Shown here piece by piece: positions 42,201-53,600 of a DNA stretch of 64,000 nucleotides (position 1 is its first letter; each line of letters begins with the position of its first letter). Made by a program: the position numbers and the translations under genes. The DNA comes from an uncultured bacterium (GTDB lineage: Bacteria > Fidelibacterota > Marinisomatia > Marinisomatales > UBA1611). Below the pieces are notes generated by a model that saw only the letters and a program-made list of their open reading frames with translations, ran no database searches and was not told where the DNA came from. The stretch is taken from NCBI GenBank assembly GCA_943788175.1, contig CALSPG010000005.1, positions 128,001 to 192,000 of the forward strand, read 5' to 3'.

Positions 42201-43826
42201 ATGGGTGAGTACAGCATAAATGTTCCGTCTAATCCAACGGCAGGTGTTATTTATTTTGTTAAAACAATAACGATTTTACCTGAGTTAAGAAATGATGCAA
42301 TTGTTGAAGTTACGACATACACTGGTACTCAATCTGAAGTTGACTTTGAATTTTTTCCATATGTCGATGAATATGTGATTTCAGGTCAAATTAAAGATGA
42401 TATTGGGCAGGGCGTTTCTGATGCGGAAGTGAATGTTAGTTCTGTAGATAGCCCAGGTGAAGGTGATCGTGAACACGAGAATGGATGGTATAATTATACC
42501 TACACTGATGCGCAGGGTTATTACGCTATAACCGTTCCAGCTGGTATATATGACATGGATGTTATTGCAGATGGTTTTCTAACAGCAATGCAATCCGGGG
42601 TAGATGCTACTTCAGATATAGTCGTTGATTTTAATTTAACGCCTGTTGGTGATTTTACTGGTTCAGTGCAGGGGGTTGTCTTTTTTCTAGGTGATTATGC
42701 ATCGGAAGATCCAGCCTATATTGAAATATCTAGCGACAGTTACGAAGTGTCAACTTATGCAGATCAAGATGGGTTTTACTCTGTCCAGTTAATTGATGGT
42801 GTTTATGATATTTATGTAAATGCAATGGGGTATGATTCCTATTGGAAACCTGAAGCGTTTGAAATTATGGGTAACACAGTTGTTTTTGATGTGGAGCTAT
42901 TTGCATATGGTTATGCGAATGCGCCTCACATGGTCGACCTATATGATATTCCAAATGATCAAGGCTTACAAATGCGAGCAGTTTGGGATGCGGGAATGCC
43001 AGGTGATTATAATTTTTTCACACAGTTTTCTATTTGGAGAAAAGTAAATAATGCTCCAATTGAACTTTGGGATTACATTGAAACTGTCCCTTGGCATGGA
43101 ATGGATCCATATGCAGCGGTAGTACCGACATTAGGAGATTCGTCTATGCATGGGGTGCATACAAGCACATTTATGGTCACGGCACATACTTCAGATGTAG
43201 GTTCTTGGTTTGACTCTGAACCAATAAGTGGACATTCTATCGATAATCTTCATCCTGGTACTCCAATGGACCTGTCATTTTCCTCAAGTCAAAGTGGAGT
43301 ATCTTTAAGTTGGTCTTCCTCTACAGATGAAGATTTCAGTTATTTCAATATCTATAGACAGGATTTACTTAGTATTGAGTCAGCAGTTGTCTTCACTTCA
43401 ATTGATTCCTTCTATACAGATCTTGAAGTAAGCAGTGTTGGTTCCTATGAATACTGGGTGACAGCTGTCGATCTTTCTGGGTTAGAATCTGAAGCTTCAA
43501 GTTTTGTGTCAGCCGTTCTTTCTGCTGGTGAAGAGATGGGCATGCCTGTAAACTTCGCATTGAAGCAGAACTATCCTAATCCTTTTAACCCCTCTACGCA
43601 GATACAATACGCGTTACCAAGTGAGTCTAAAGTTTTAATCTCTATTTATGACTTAACAGGCCGTAAGGTAAAAACACTTGTGAATGAAGTTCAAAGCGCA
43701 GGGCATAAATCTGTAATGTGGAATGCAACAAATGAGATTGGTAGGCCTGTAAGTGCAGGAATGTATATCTACTCAATACAAGCAGGAAACTTTATACAGA
43801 ATCGTAAGATGGTATTGATGAAGTAA
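39258..43826 (+). CDS. Giant acidic secreted protein 1: lamin-tail domain, PKD-like, Ig/CBM-like, one NQD-repeat domain, carboxypeptidase-regulatory repeats, FN3-like, FlgD/T9SS-type CTD
   Basis: VFITEI..FVELYN..IDLTGW; NYPNPFNPSTQI...SAGMYIY...KMVLMK. Confidence 0.85.
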   Translation: MMNIKRNNFWSAAKTIAATLFFGLSIGNAQGVFITEITDPNTNSLATNGGRFVELYNNTDADIDLTGWALRRWTNEQIDPQPSDQVLSGSISAGGFYIITNIAEGFESIYGFAADLAIGSGGPADSNGDDDIALINLAGDVVDFYGEVNTSSGTDNTGTVWEFEDGRAERLASVSSANALGISSEWNIDNDSGGGDGVQDVDNMDPGSWIGEPVEGNSPPVVNLGGDKYISANDNGDIVVVLDGSAAYDVDNDELSYVWSKIPSLEGVGDLPVVELTYPNGTTGVFKFQLAVSDGEYTVKDTIVFNLLNSYEVKFIVDMSEETIDDDGVKITGLGDDSVPMIDENSDGVYSAIVDLFEGDYTYNFRNGWSYESGDNLGNCAGGQYGNDRGVFVDQDMVLASVCWESCGPCFQEPEVPSAVTFILADGADNTLPENQDYITESVKLTRGASGALFNIAIESEYEQGVSPEGTVWAIGLTSDNALDNFASYSNLHDAVNGALNGFSEIEGKTFSMHVAGTDKYFDVTFNSWTNGGSGQGGPATRGFSYTRVAVENNESEGPSFSNYTLMVKDAESYDAEVEATLPPLNVDGQGVVIEVDFDTSGDNVGPYVGALGLFWDANFSGQLDEGDMNIADELFSDEEGEDEATPNREHDDEDGPAVIMLTDNSPMDESDQNGKAVVRLKGLDFMALQGATFFFAELNKDGELTGTTFKVEPFSSSSTIFTGVASRNVDNTNQPIQGVFVSVEKVDVGFDDMINTDSEPMAVAMGLTGSNGVYSLGASSLMAGDTAVVGAETVLDERLIVLMEDQEGVVGHRAEFITVEGENHMADISVIRSNTLVQGYVTDSQSMSFNGSLHVQFFLGSDENPIMIEDHVEIDEGGMFTFWAMNGAEVELSYYGMSGNINRNFLIEADDTMFSDTIDAYVFNYTLDLTPPSEAVIKGRAFWVSLDSSGTNMDYTDIPLPGMEIKIYNENDMLFATTDAMGEYSINVPSNPTAGVIYFVKTITILPELRNDAIVEVTTYTGTQSEVDFEFFPYVDEYVISGQIKDDIGQGVSDAEVNVSSVDSPGEGDREHENGWYNYTYTDAQGYYAITVPAGIYDMDVIADGFLTAMQSGVDATSDIVVDFNLTPVGDFTGSVQGVVFFLGDYASEDPAYIEISSDSYEVSTYADQDGFYSVQLIDGVYDIYVNAMGYDSYWKPEAFEIMGNTVVFDVELFAYGYANAPHMVDLYDIPNDQGLQMRAVWDAGMPGDYNFFTQFSIWRKVNNAPIELWDYIETVPWHGMDPYAAVVPTLGDSSMHGVHTSTFMVTAHTSDVGSWFDSEPISGHSIDNLHPGTPMDLSFSSSQSGVSLSWSSSTDEDFSYFNIYRQDLLSIESAVVFTSIDSFYTDLEVSSVGSYEYWVTAVDLSGLESEASSFVSAVLSAGEEMGMPVNFALKQNYPNPFNPSTQIQYALPSESKVLISIYDLTGRKVKTLVNEVQSAGHKSVMWNATNEIGRPVSAGMYIYSIQAGNFIQNRKMVLMK

Positions 43827-43849
43827 TTAAAACGATTTATCGTTTGTTT

Positions 43850-43881
43850 AGAAAAGGGGTTTCGTTTGAAGCCCCTTCTCT
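43850..43881 (+). terminator. Probable intrinsic terminator
   Basis: AAGGGGTTTC-GTTT-GAAGCCCCTT hairpin after giant 1. Confidence 0.6.
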
Positions 43882-43917
43882 ATTTAATTTAGACTAAATA
43901 ATTATTAAGGAAATTTT

Positions 43918-44415
43918 ATGATTAAAATTGTAAAAGTACTACTAGCCTCTATGCTGTTTGTTTTATCAACAAAGGTATATGCTCATTGCCAAGTCCCATG
44001 TGGTATTTATGGAGATGCCGTCCGAATCGTACAGATAGAAGAAGATATTACCACTGTACGCAAAGCGATGAATATGATTAATGACCTTGCAGGAAAGTCC
44101 GATGCACAATCATTAAACCAAATCTCTAGGTGGGTTAGAACAAAAGAAGACCATGCTCAAAAAGTTCAAGAGACCGTATTGAATTATTTCTTAGCTCAAC
44201 GAGTAAAAGCAAAAGAAAAAGGGACGAAAGAAAGACAGAAATACGTTGACCAAACGCTCACGCTTCACCAACTCGTTGTCGCTATGATGAAGTGCAAGCA
44301 GACGGTAGAGCAGCGCAATTGTAGTAACGCTTATGAGCTGCTTGATAAGTTCACAAATATATATTTTGATCAGCACGGGATTGACCATTTGAAAAAGCTA
44401 AGAAAAGAAAAATAA
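43918..44415 (+). CDS. sodN: Nickel superoxide dismutase with signal peptide
   Basis: Ni-hook HCQVPCGIY directly after VYA; KEDHAQKVQ, MKCKQ. Confidence 0.9.
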   Translation: MIKIVKVLLASMLFVLSTKVYAHCQVPCGIYGDAVRIVQIEEDITTVRKAMNMINDLAGKSDAQSLNQISRWVRTKEDHAQKVQETVLNYFLAQRVKAKEKGTKERQKYVDQTLTLHQLVVAMMKCKQTVEQRNCSNAYELLDKFTNIYFDQHGIDHLKKLRKEK

Positions 44416-44437
44416 GCTCTATTTAAGTTCTATTTTT

Positions 44438-44476
44438 AAAGCCTCAATGTTATTTTATTGGGGCTTTTTTGTTTTT
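44438..44476 (+). terminator. Intrinsic terminator
   Basis: AAAGCCTCAAT...ATTGGGGCTTT followed by T tract. Confidence 0.75.
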
Positions 44477-44674
44477 AACCGTGGTGTATAATTCTCTCAG
44501 TATTTTACATATTGTAATTTTTTGTTACACATAGCTTTAAATATGTTTTTAGTTAAATATATTTTTTCATTCGTGAAAAATAAAAATACAATTATATTAT
44601 GCATTATGGCATAAATTTTGATATATATAATTATATTGAGCCATATAATAATTGTAGCAAAAAAATTATCTGAT

Positions 44675-47600
44675 ATGAATAAGTTAATAACTAAATATTT
44701 TTATTTTATTTTACTTAGTGGTAGCTCGCTACTTTATTCCCAAAATTATTCCCTTAGCTTTGATGGGGATGATGATTATGTAAGCATTACAGATGATGAA
44801 TCCCTGACAAGCACTAGCGTGATGACTATCAGTGCCTGGTTCAAAAAAGTGTCCGGCTCCCGGCTGGATGAGCCTTGTTGGGAAAGGGACTTCCGATGCG
44901 AATGAGGAATACGTCTTGATGCTCAAGGATGACCAGGTGTATTTTGATGTTGGGCAAGGAGGCGGTCCCTACATCCAGCAAAGCGCAACCATTGATTCTG
45001 AGACTTGGCACCACATCGCTGCCGTTCATACTCGCAGTAATGGTACTTCCATGTTGAAAGTGTATCTAAATGGCGAAGATGTTGGCGGAACAACAATAGG
45101 CGCCACAAGCACCCCCAACGATAATAGCTATCCTCTTACTATCGGTTCCAGGTTTGCCACACCCAGCGCTTTATTCAAAGGCCAAATCGACGATGTTCGC
45201 ATCTGGAGTGATGCATTAGATGGTCAGCAGATCCAAGAAATTATGGATAACAATCTGTCTGGCTACGAAGATGGCTTGGTTGGACATTGGGACTTTAATG
45301 AAGGGGAAGGTTCTTTTTTAACAGACTTAAGTGGTAATGGTAATGATGGTAGTATAAATGGAGCAGTATGGAGTGGGGATGTTTTTGATAATTTAGATGG
45401 TTCTATAACTTTTACGAAAGAAGACTATGCTGACCCAAGTTTAGCAGAGAACCAAGATCGTATTCTTGATAATATATGGATTACTAGAGGCAATGATAAG
45501 CCACTATATAATGCAGCTATAGAAGGTAGTTATAATGATCAGAATAATGATTATAGCATATCACCCGCGGGGACTGAATGGGCTAGCGGGTTAACCGTGA
45601 ACCAATCTTCTATTTTAGATTACAGCGATTTTAAAACTACTGTAGGTAGTAGTATGCAAAATTTACCAGATCAGATATTATCTCTCCACATAATAGGAAC
45701 AGATTTATACTTTGATATAGAGTTCCATTCTTGGACTAATAATCAAAATGGTGGTGGTTTTTCATACACGCGGACTCCTGCGGAAGGACCAGATTTGCCA
45801 GAGGGTTATTTTAGAAAATTAGATTATTCTGATCCTAGTTTAGCAGAGAATCAAGATCGAATTACAGACAATGTTTGGATTACCAGGGGTAGTGACAAGC
45901 CATTATATAATGCAGCATTAGAAGGGAGTTATAACGACCAGAATCGGGACAATAGTATTTCTCCAGCTGGAACTGAATGGGCAAACGGTCCGACGGTGAA
46001 TCATTCTTCTGTTTTTGATTATAAAGGTTTTAAGTCCGCGTTAGGAAATGGACTTCAAAATTTACCGGGGCAAACTCATTCTATGCATATCATCGGCACT
46101 GATATTTATTTTGATGTAGAATTTCATGCTTGGACAAGTGGCAGAAATGGTGGCGGATTTGCATATATTAAAACTCAAGTCCCGGGGCCAGCAGTACCCG
46201 AAGGTTATTTTAGAAAGTCTGACTTTGCCGATCCTTCTTTAGCCGAAAATCAAGATCGCATTACTGATGATATATGGATTGCGAGAAGTAATAGCAGTGA
46301 TACCCAGCAATCATTTTATAATGCTGCTCACGAGAGCAATTATAATAATTCTAGTTATAATGGAGGTCCTTCTCCAGAAGGGACAGAGTGGGCAAGCGGC
46401 CTTACAGAGAATCAGAATTCTATTGAGAGCTATAAGACATTTATAGGTGCTGTAGGAGATGCATACAATCTTCGTAATATTCCAGGGCAGACATATTCCA
46501 TGCATATTATTGGTACAGATCAATATTATGACGTTCAGTTTCACACGTATACTTTTGAACAGGACGGAGGTGGATTTTCGTATGTGAGAACACCAGCAAT
46601 GGGTCCAGAGCTCTTAGATGGTTATTTTAGAAAACCGAGTTATGCGAACCCAAATCTGTCATTTAACCAGGATCGCATCACCGATGAAGTTTGGATTACT
46701 CGAGGGAATGAAAGAGGACTCTACAACGTTTATAATGAAGGTGGTTATAGTGAAAATAATTCTCCTTCAGGTACTCTGTGGTCTATGGGACCTACGTCAA
46801 ATCAAGTATCAACAGATAATTACACTTCATTTCATGATGCGACAGGTGAAAATAATTACGGAGATAACCTAAGCGAATTAGTTGGTGAGATTATGTCAAT
46901 GCATATAATTGGCACTGATATTTATTATGATTTTGAAATCCATAGTTGGGCTGACGGGCATGATGGCGGAGGTGCGTTTTCATATACAAGGACACAAGCT
47001 GAAATAAACACATTTAGTTATCCTGAAAACACAGTTTATTTTGAAAAAGAAGACTATTCAGATCCCAATCTTGAAGAAAACCAAGATAGAGTTAATGATA
47101 GTTTATGGATATCGCGCGGCGATTCTGACCCAATATACAATGTATTTAATGAGAATAGTTTTATAAATGGCATTTCTCCCTCAGGGGCAAAATGGGCACC
47201 TGGGTCAACCTCTTCTCAAAACTCGTATGGTGATTACACAGATTTTATTTCTGCGCTTGATCGAGAACTTAGATTTATTCCAGGGCAAATAATGTCTTTG
47301 AAGCTTGAGGGCAAAGAAGTTTTTTACGATATTTTATTTCATAGTTGGACAAATGACAGTCAAGAAGATTGGAATAATGAAACAAATGGTGGTGGTTTTT
47401 CATATAGTAGAATGCCTGCTGAGATAAGCACTGGATGCACAGATCAATATGCTGACAATTACAGTCCTGATGCTTCGATTGATGATGGTTCATGTATTTT
47501 CTACGAGCAATCGGTTTCTTTTACAAAAACAGATTATAGTGATTATGAATTAGCTGAAAATCAAGATCAAATTGCAGAGGGAGTTTGGATTACAAGAGGT

Positions 47601-50600
47601 AATTCTGACCCCCTATTTAATTCATTTTATGAAGATAGTTATGAAGAAGGTCTTTCTCCTAAAGGCACTAAATGGGCTATTGGTTTAACCTCGTCTCAAA
47701 CAGTTTATGAATATCAGTCTCTTAAAGATGCACTTAGTGGTGACTTAAGTAATATTACTGATCAAACTATATCAATGCACCTTGTTGAACTTGATATTTA
47801 TTTTGATGTACAGTTTTATTCTTGGACAAATGGCAACAATGGTGGTGGTTTTTCATATACTAGAATCCCTTCTGATGTTCCTCCGGTTAATGGTTGTATG
47901 AATCCATATGCAGACAACTATAATCCAAACGCATATTATGATGATGGAAGCTGTATTTATTTTCAAGAGACAGTCACTTTTACGAGGGCAGATAATGTCG
48001 ATCCAAGTATGGCAGAGAATCAAGATCGAATAACAGAGAATGTTTGGATTACCAGGGGTAATGACAAGCCATTATATAATGCAGCATTAGAAGGTAGTTA
48101 TAACGATCAGAATCGAGATAATAGTATTTCTCCAGCTGGAACTGAATGGGCAAACGGTCCGACGGTGAATCATTCTTCTGTTTTTGATTATAAAGGTTTT
48201 AAGTCCGCGTTAGGAAATGGACTTCAAAATTTACCGGGGCAAACTCATTCTATGCATATTATCGGCACTGATATTTATTTTGATGTAGAATTTCATGCTT
48301 GGACAAGTGGCAGAAATGGCGGCGGGTTTTCATATACAAGAACTCCCGTTGATGGTCCAGCATTACCTGAAGGTTATTTTAGAAAGCCTGACTTTGCCGA
48401 TCCTTCTTTAGCAGAGAATCAAGATCGTATTACTGATGATATATGGATTGCGAGGAGTAATAGTAGCGATACCTATCAATCATTTTATAATGCTGCATAT
48501 GAGAGCAGTTTTAATAATTCTAATCACAATGGAGGCCCTTCACCAGAGGGGACAGAGTGGGCGAGCGGCCTTACAGAGAATCAGAATTCCATTGAGGGCT
48601 ATAAGACATTTATAGGTGCTGTAGGAGATGCATACAATCTTCGTAATATTCCAGGGCAGACATATTCCATGCATATTATTGGTACAGATCAATATTATGA
48701 CGTTCAGTTTCACACGTATACTTTTGAGCAGAACGGAGGTGGATTTTCGTATGTGAGAACACCAGCAATGGGTCCAGAACTTGTAGAGGGTTATTTTAGA
48801 AAACCGAGTTATGCGAACCCAAATCTGTCATTTAACCAGGATCGCATCACCGATGAAGTTTGGATTACTCGAGGGGAAAGACAGCCACTATATAATGCTT
48901 TTAATGAAGGTGGTTATAGTGAAAATAATTCTCCTTCAGGAACCCAGTGGTCAATGGGACCTACGTCAAATCATAATTCTTTGTCTGATTATTCTGATTT
49001 TAAGAATGCGACTGGAGGGAATCTTCAAAACATTCCTGGGCAGACGATGTCACTTAATATAACGGGGACAAATCTTTTTTATGATGTAGAGTTTTTATCT
49101 TGGAGTAGAAATGAGGGAGGTGGGTTTTCGTATAGAAGGATTTTAGTCGAGTCTGATATTCCAATTCCGGGTGGAAATAACTCACTAAGTTTTGATGGGA
49201 AGATGATTATGTCGAATTTAATAGCTCATACTTTTGAAAGTATAATAAACTGAGTATTACGCATACAGGCCTGGATTAAAGTTACCGTCGATGTGACGCA
49301 AACTCCTTCTTATGGTTCCAAAATAGAGATTGTGTGTTGGAATGCTGGTGATGCGTCATCAAAGTTTTGAATTTACAAGGTTATGCGAGTCTGGATGACG
49401 GCATATTTGATTGATAATGCTTTTACACTGCCCATCGAATGAATGGCACTTATGTTGCTATTAGTTTAGCAATGTAATAATGTTCATCAAAATTTACGTA
49501 AATGGTGATATTGTTTTTCACAAGATCATTTTTTCGGTGAAATAGTATCCTCAATAATCATTCTGTTCAAATGGGATACGTATCATCTGGATGCACCTAT
49601 TCTTTCCATGGAATATCAATGGTTTGAAATTTGGGTGATAATTCTCTGAGCAGGAGATGAAGAACAACATGATTGACGTTATTCATCAAAATGATTCCAG
49701 GCTAATTGGATATTGGAACTTTAGATGGTGAAGGCTCAACTTTAACAGATCTAAGTGGTAGTGCAAACATGGTAAATAAATGGTGCAACTTGGAGCGGGG
49801 ATGTGCCTATCCCTCCAGTTTATGGATGTACTGATTCTTACGCGTCAAATTTTAATTCAGATGCAAATGCAGATGATGGTAGCTGTGATTATCTGGAAGA
49901 TGGTAATAGTTCTTTAGCTTTTAATGGTGATGCCAATTCAGTAAACATTGATGTAAACACAATTGATGATTATACAATATCTGGCTGGTTTAATTATGAA
50001 ACAGCAGATGATGGGAATTCTATTATCTCAAGTTCTAATGATTATATTCGAATAGTTTCATCATTAGAATCTGAAAACCTTAAAGTACTTGGTTATAATT
50101 CGCCAACAGGTGCAAATCATAGAGGCCAAACTATTTTAGATTCAAATGTTTGGTACCATTTTACTGTAGTCAGGAGTGACGCACAGCTTGCCTTTTACAT
50201 TAACGGCGAATTTGATAGTTATTTTTATGAACCAGGAACAAATATAAATTGGTCAAAAATTGGTCTTCATAGCAATGGTTACCAACATGGGTTCGATGGT
50301 AAAATAGATGAAATTACCATATGGGATGAGGCTTTGAGTGAAACTGATATTCAAGATCTTATGTTTTTAGATTCGCTGCGGGATAATTATAATTCATTTA
50401 AAGCTGATTATAGATTTAATGCTAATAACGGCGACATTTTATATGATCATTCCGGAAATGGGAACCATGGCCAAATTAATGGAGCAACATGGGCTAATGG
50501 ATTTAGAATGCCTTCATCTCAAGTAACTTTTCTTGTAAACATGAGAGAGTTTGCAGAAGATGACGTGCTATCGGAAGGGGTTTATATATCTGGTGGAAAT

Positions 50601-53600
50601 ATTGGTTCTCTTGCGGGATCTATTGATGATCAAACAGGGTTCCAGATGTTTGATGATGATGGAGACCATGTATATGAAGTAACATTAAACCTTGATCGTA
50701 ATTCATTTTATAATTACAAATTTCGAATTGGTTTGACAGATGGGAATTGGCAAGGAAACTGGGAAGGTATACCTCAAGATTGTGGATATGGCGAATGGTT
50801 CGATCGTTCTTTGAATACTTCTAGCGCTGGCAGTCAAATAGTTGGGCCATACTGTTTCAGTAGTTGCGACAATTGTGAAGTGCCGAATATGTCTCTCAGC
50901 TTTGATGGGATGGATGATTATGTGAGCTCAAATTCCAAATAGTGAACTTTATGATTTTACAAATGACTTTTCAGTAGGGGTTCATTTTAAACCTGCCTCT
51001 AATTTTAATGGTGGTTGGTTATTCTCAACAAGGTTATGATGGGCAAGGACAAATGAATCGGATATGGAGCGTATATGCCTATAATGACCGGAATGATTAT
51101 TATCGTTGAATTTGTTACTTCTGATGGATTTCACCAATTTGATGTAGATGCAAATTTTTCACGCAATAGCTGGAATTTGATCATGATGACCTATGATGGA
51201 AGTTACGTAAAGTTTTATGATGAAAATTCATTGTTACATTCAGAACCTATTTCTGCTGAGGTATATAACAGTGATTATGATTTATCAATTGAGTTTCTTA
51301 CCACATGATGATTTGAGTACATATGGAGGTTTTTTTGGAGGTAATATTGATAATTTGAATCTCTGGAATAGAACCTTAATCTTAGATGAAATAATAGATA
51401 ATGACTTCAATTCATTAAGTGGTAATCAAAATGGATTAGTTGGTTTTTGGGATTTTAATGATGGTGAAGGTTCCACATTGACTGATTACAGTGGAAACGG
51501 AAATCATGGCACTATTTACGGTGCCACTTGGACTGATGATTTTCCAATACCACCACATGCAGGGCCTGAATGGTTTGTAGATGAAGATGGGTCAGATGAT
51601 AATAATGGGTCCTATGATTATCCATTTTCTACAATTCAGCATGCGATTAATTCTGCTAATGATGGAGATTCTATTTTTGTTCGTTCAGGAACGTATTATG
51701 AAAACATTAACTTTTATGGAAAAGAAGTAAAAGTTTTCGGTTTAAGCGGGCCAGAAGAAACAATCATTGATGGACAAGCTATGAACAGTGCGGTGGTTGC
51801 TTTCAGGGATTTTGATTATTCAGATGCAGGTATATATGGTTTTACAATTCAAAATGCTGAGTATGGAGTGATGGTATTAAATGGTGGTAGTCCGGAGATT
51901 AAATGGTGTATTGTAAGGGATATTACCTTAGGTGGTGATGGTGGTTTTTACTTAGCAGGAGATGGGATTGGTTCCTCACCGACAGTATCAGAATGTCTGA
52001 TTTATGGGAATGAAAGTAACTCTGGCGAAGGTGGTGGAATTAGAGTTGCGAGTAATAATGGAAGTTCTTCAGCTTTAATTATTAATTGTACAATCGTAGG
52101 CAATAGTCCAGAAGGTATTAGAGTGCATGGTTCTAACACAGTGGTTGATGTTGTAAATACTATCATTTACGATAATCCAACAAGCATCACAAATTTGGGA
52201 ACTATAAACATAACGAATAGTAATGTTCAAGGCGGTTTTGCTGGTGACGGTAATTTCGATGATGACCCTCAATTCTGCAATCCAGTGGCTGGTGATTATT
52301 TGCTCTCTGAGAGCTCTTCTAGTTTATTCTATGTAGAAGACAGCCTATCTGTTGGGTTTTATAATAATCCTGGATGTGAATTTGCATATACAAATTATGC
52401 TCTAAGCCTAAATGGGGATGATGACCAAATTGAACTTGACCCATCGTATTTAGATGGACTTAGTGAATTTACGTTTCAAGCTATGTTTTTTGCGAATCAA
52501 GAACAATCAGGAATTTCAAACATCATTCAGCACGATGGACCAAGCAGTGATTTCTATTTAAGATATGAAGGGAATGGTTTTAAAGCATTTCAAAAAAACA
52601 GTGATTCAGAATATGGGTTCATAAATATAGATGCTCCTAGTTCTAACGTTTGGCACCAAATTACTTTTACCTATGATGGTTCTACTTCTAGACTCTATTT
52701 AGATGGAAATGAGCAAGGTTCATTTGATTTAACTGGGACGTATGTTTCTAATGAAACAATCTACTTAGGCAATTGGGAGCAAAGGGAAGGTTTCAATGGA
52801 GCTATTGATGAGGTATCCTTATTTGATTATGCATTAACCCAAGAAGAAGTTTTAGATTATTCCAACAGAGCTTTGAGTGGTTTAGAGAATGGTGTTCTAG
52901 CTCATTTTAATTTTGATGAAGGCGACGGGAATACACTTTTAGATGTGACTGGTAATGGTAATGATGGGATTATAATAGGTGGATCATGGGTTGATGGAGC
53001 ACCACTTAATGCTCCAGAACCTCCTGAACCTGAAATAACAGCAATTAATGTTGAGATTGATAATAATAATGTAAGTTTTAGTTTCGAGGCCGATACTGCT
53101 GGGTTAGGATTTTTTGATGTGCAATGGGTTTTAGGCTCTGATACCGTAATGTCGTACCAAGGGACTAGTGCCCAGGATTTAAGGCCAGGATTGCATTATG
53201 TTCGCGCGCGGCTTATAGATCAAGGTGGAAATTTAAGAGGGGATGAAGTATTACAGAGTTTTTACATTTTAAATGGTTATGAACAATATTATTATACTGG
53301 ATTTGAAGATACTGTAGACACTGGTCTGCCAGCCGGATGGGGTTCATATTCAAATGGACAAGGGTGGTATGTATCAGACAACCCATTTTTCGAAGTATGG
53401 ACAGCAGAGCCCGGTGTTGGCAATGTTGCAATCTCAAACGATGATGCTGCAGATAACGATGGAGAAAATGATTTCAATAATGGCTCTCAAGACTTTCTTT
53501 ATTTACCGCCATTAGACTTTACTTCATTTGGTGGAGCTGTTGCTTTAGAGTTTGGAAGCTTCTTTACTGGTCATTGGAATCAAACAGCGCATGTTACTTA

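Noticed and set aside
45843-48969. Template/variable repeat pair of a diversity-generating retroelement
   Set aside because: Differences are mostly third-position and not adenine-specific; no reverse transcriptase in the window
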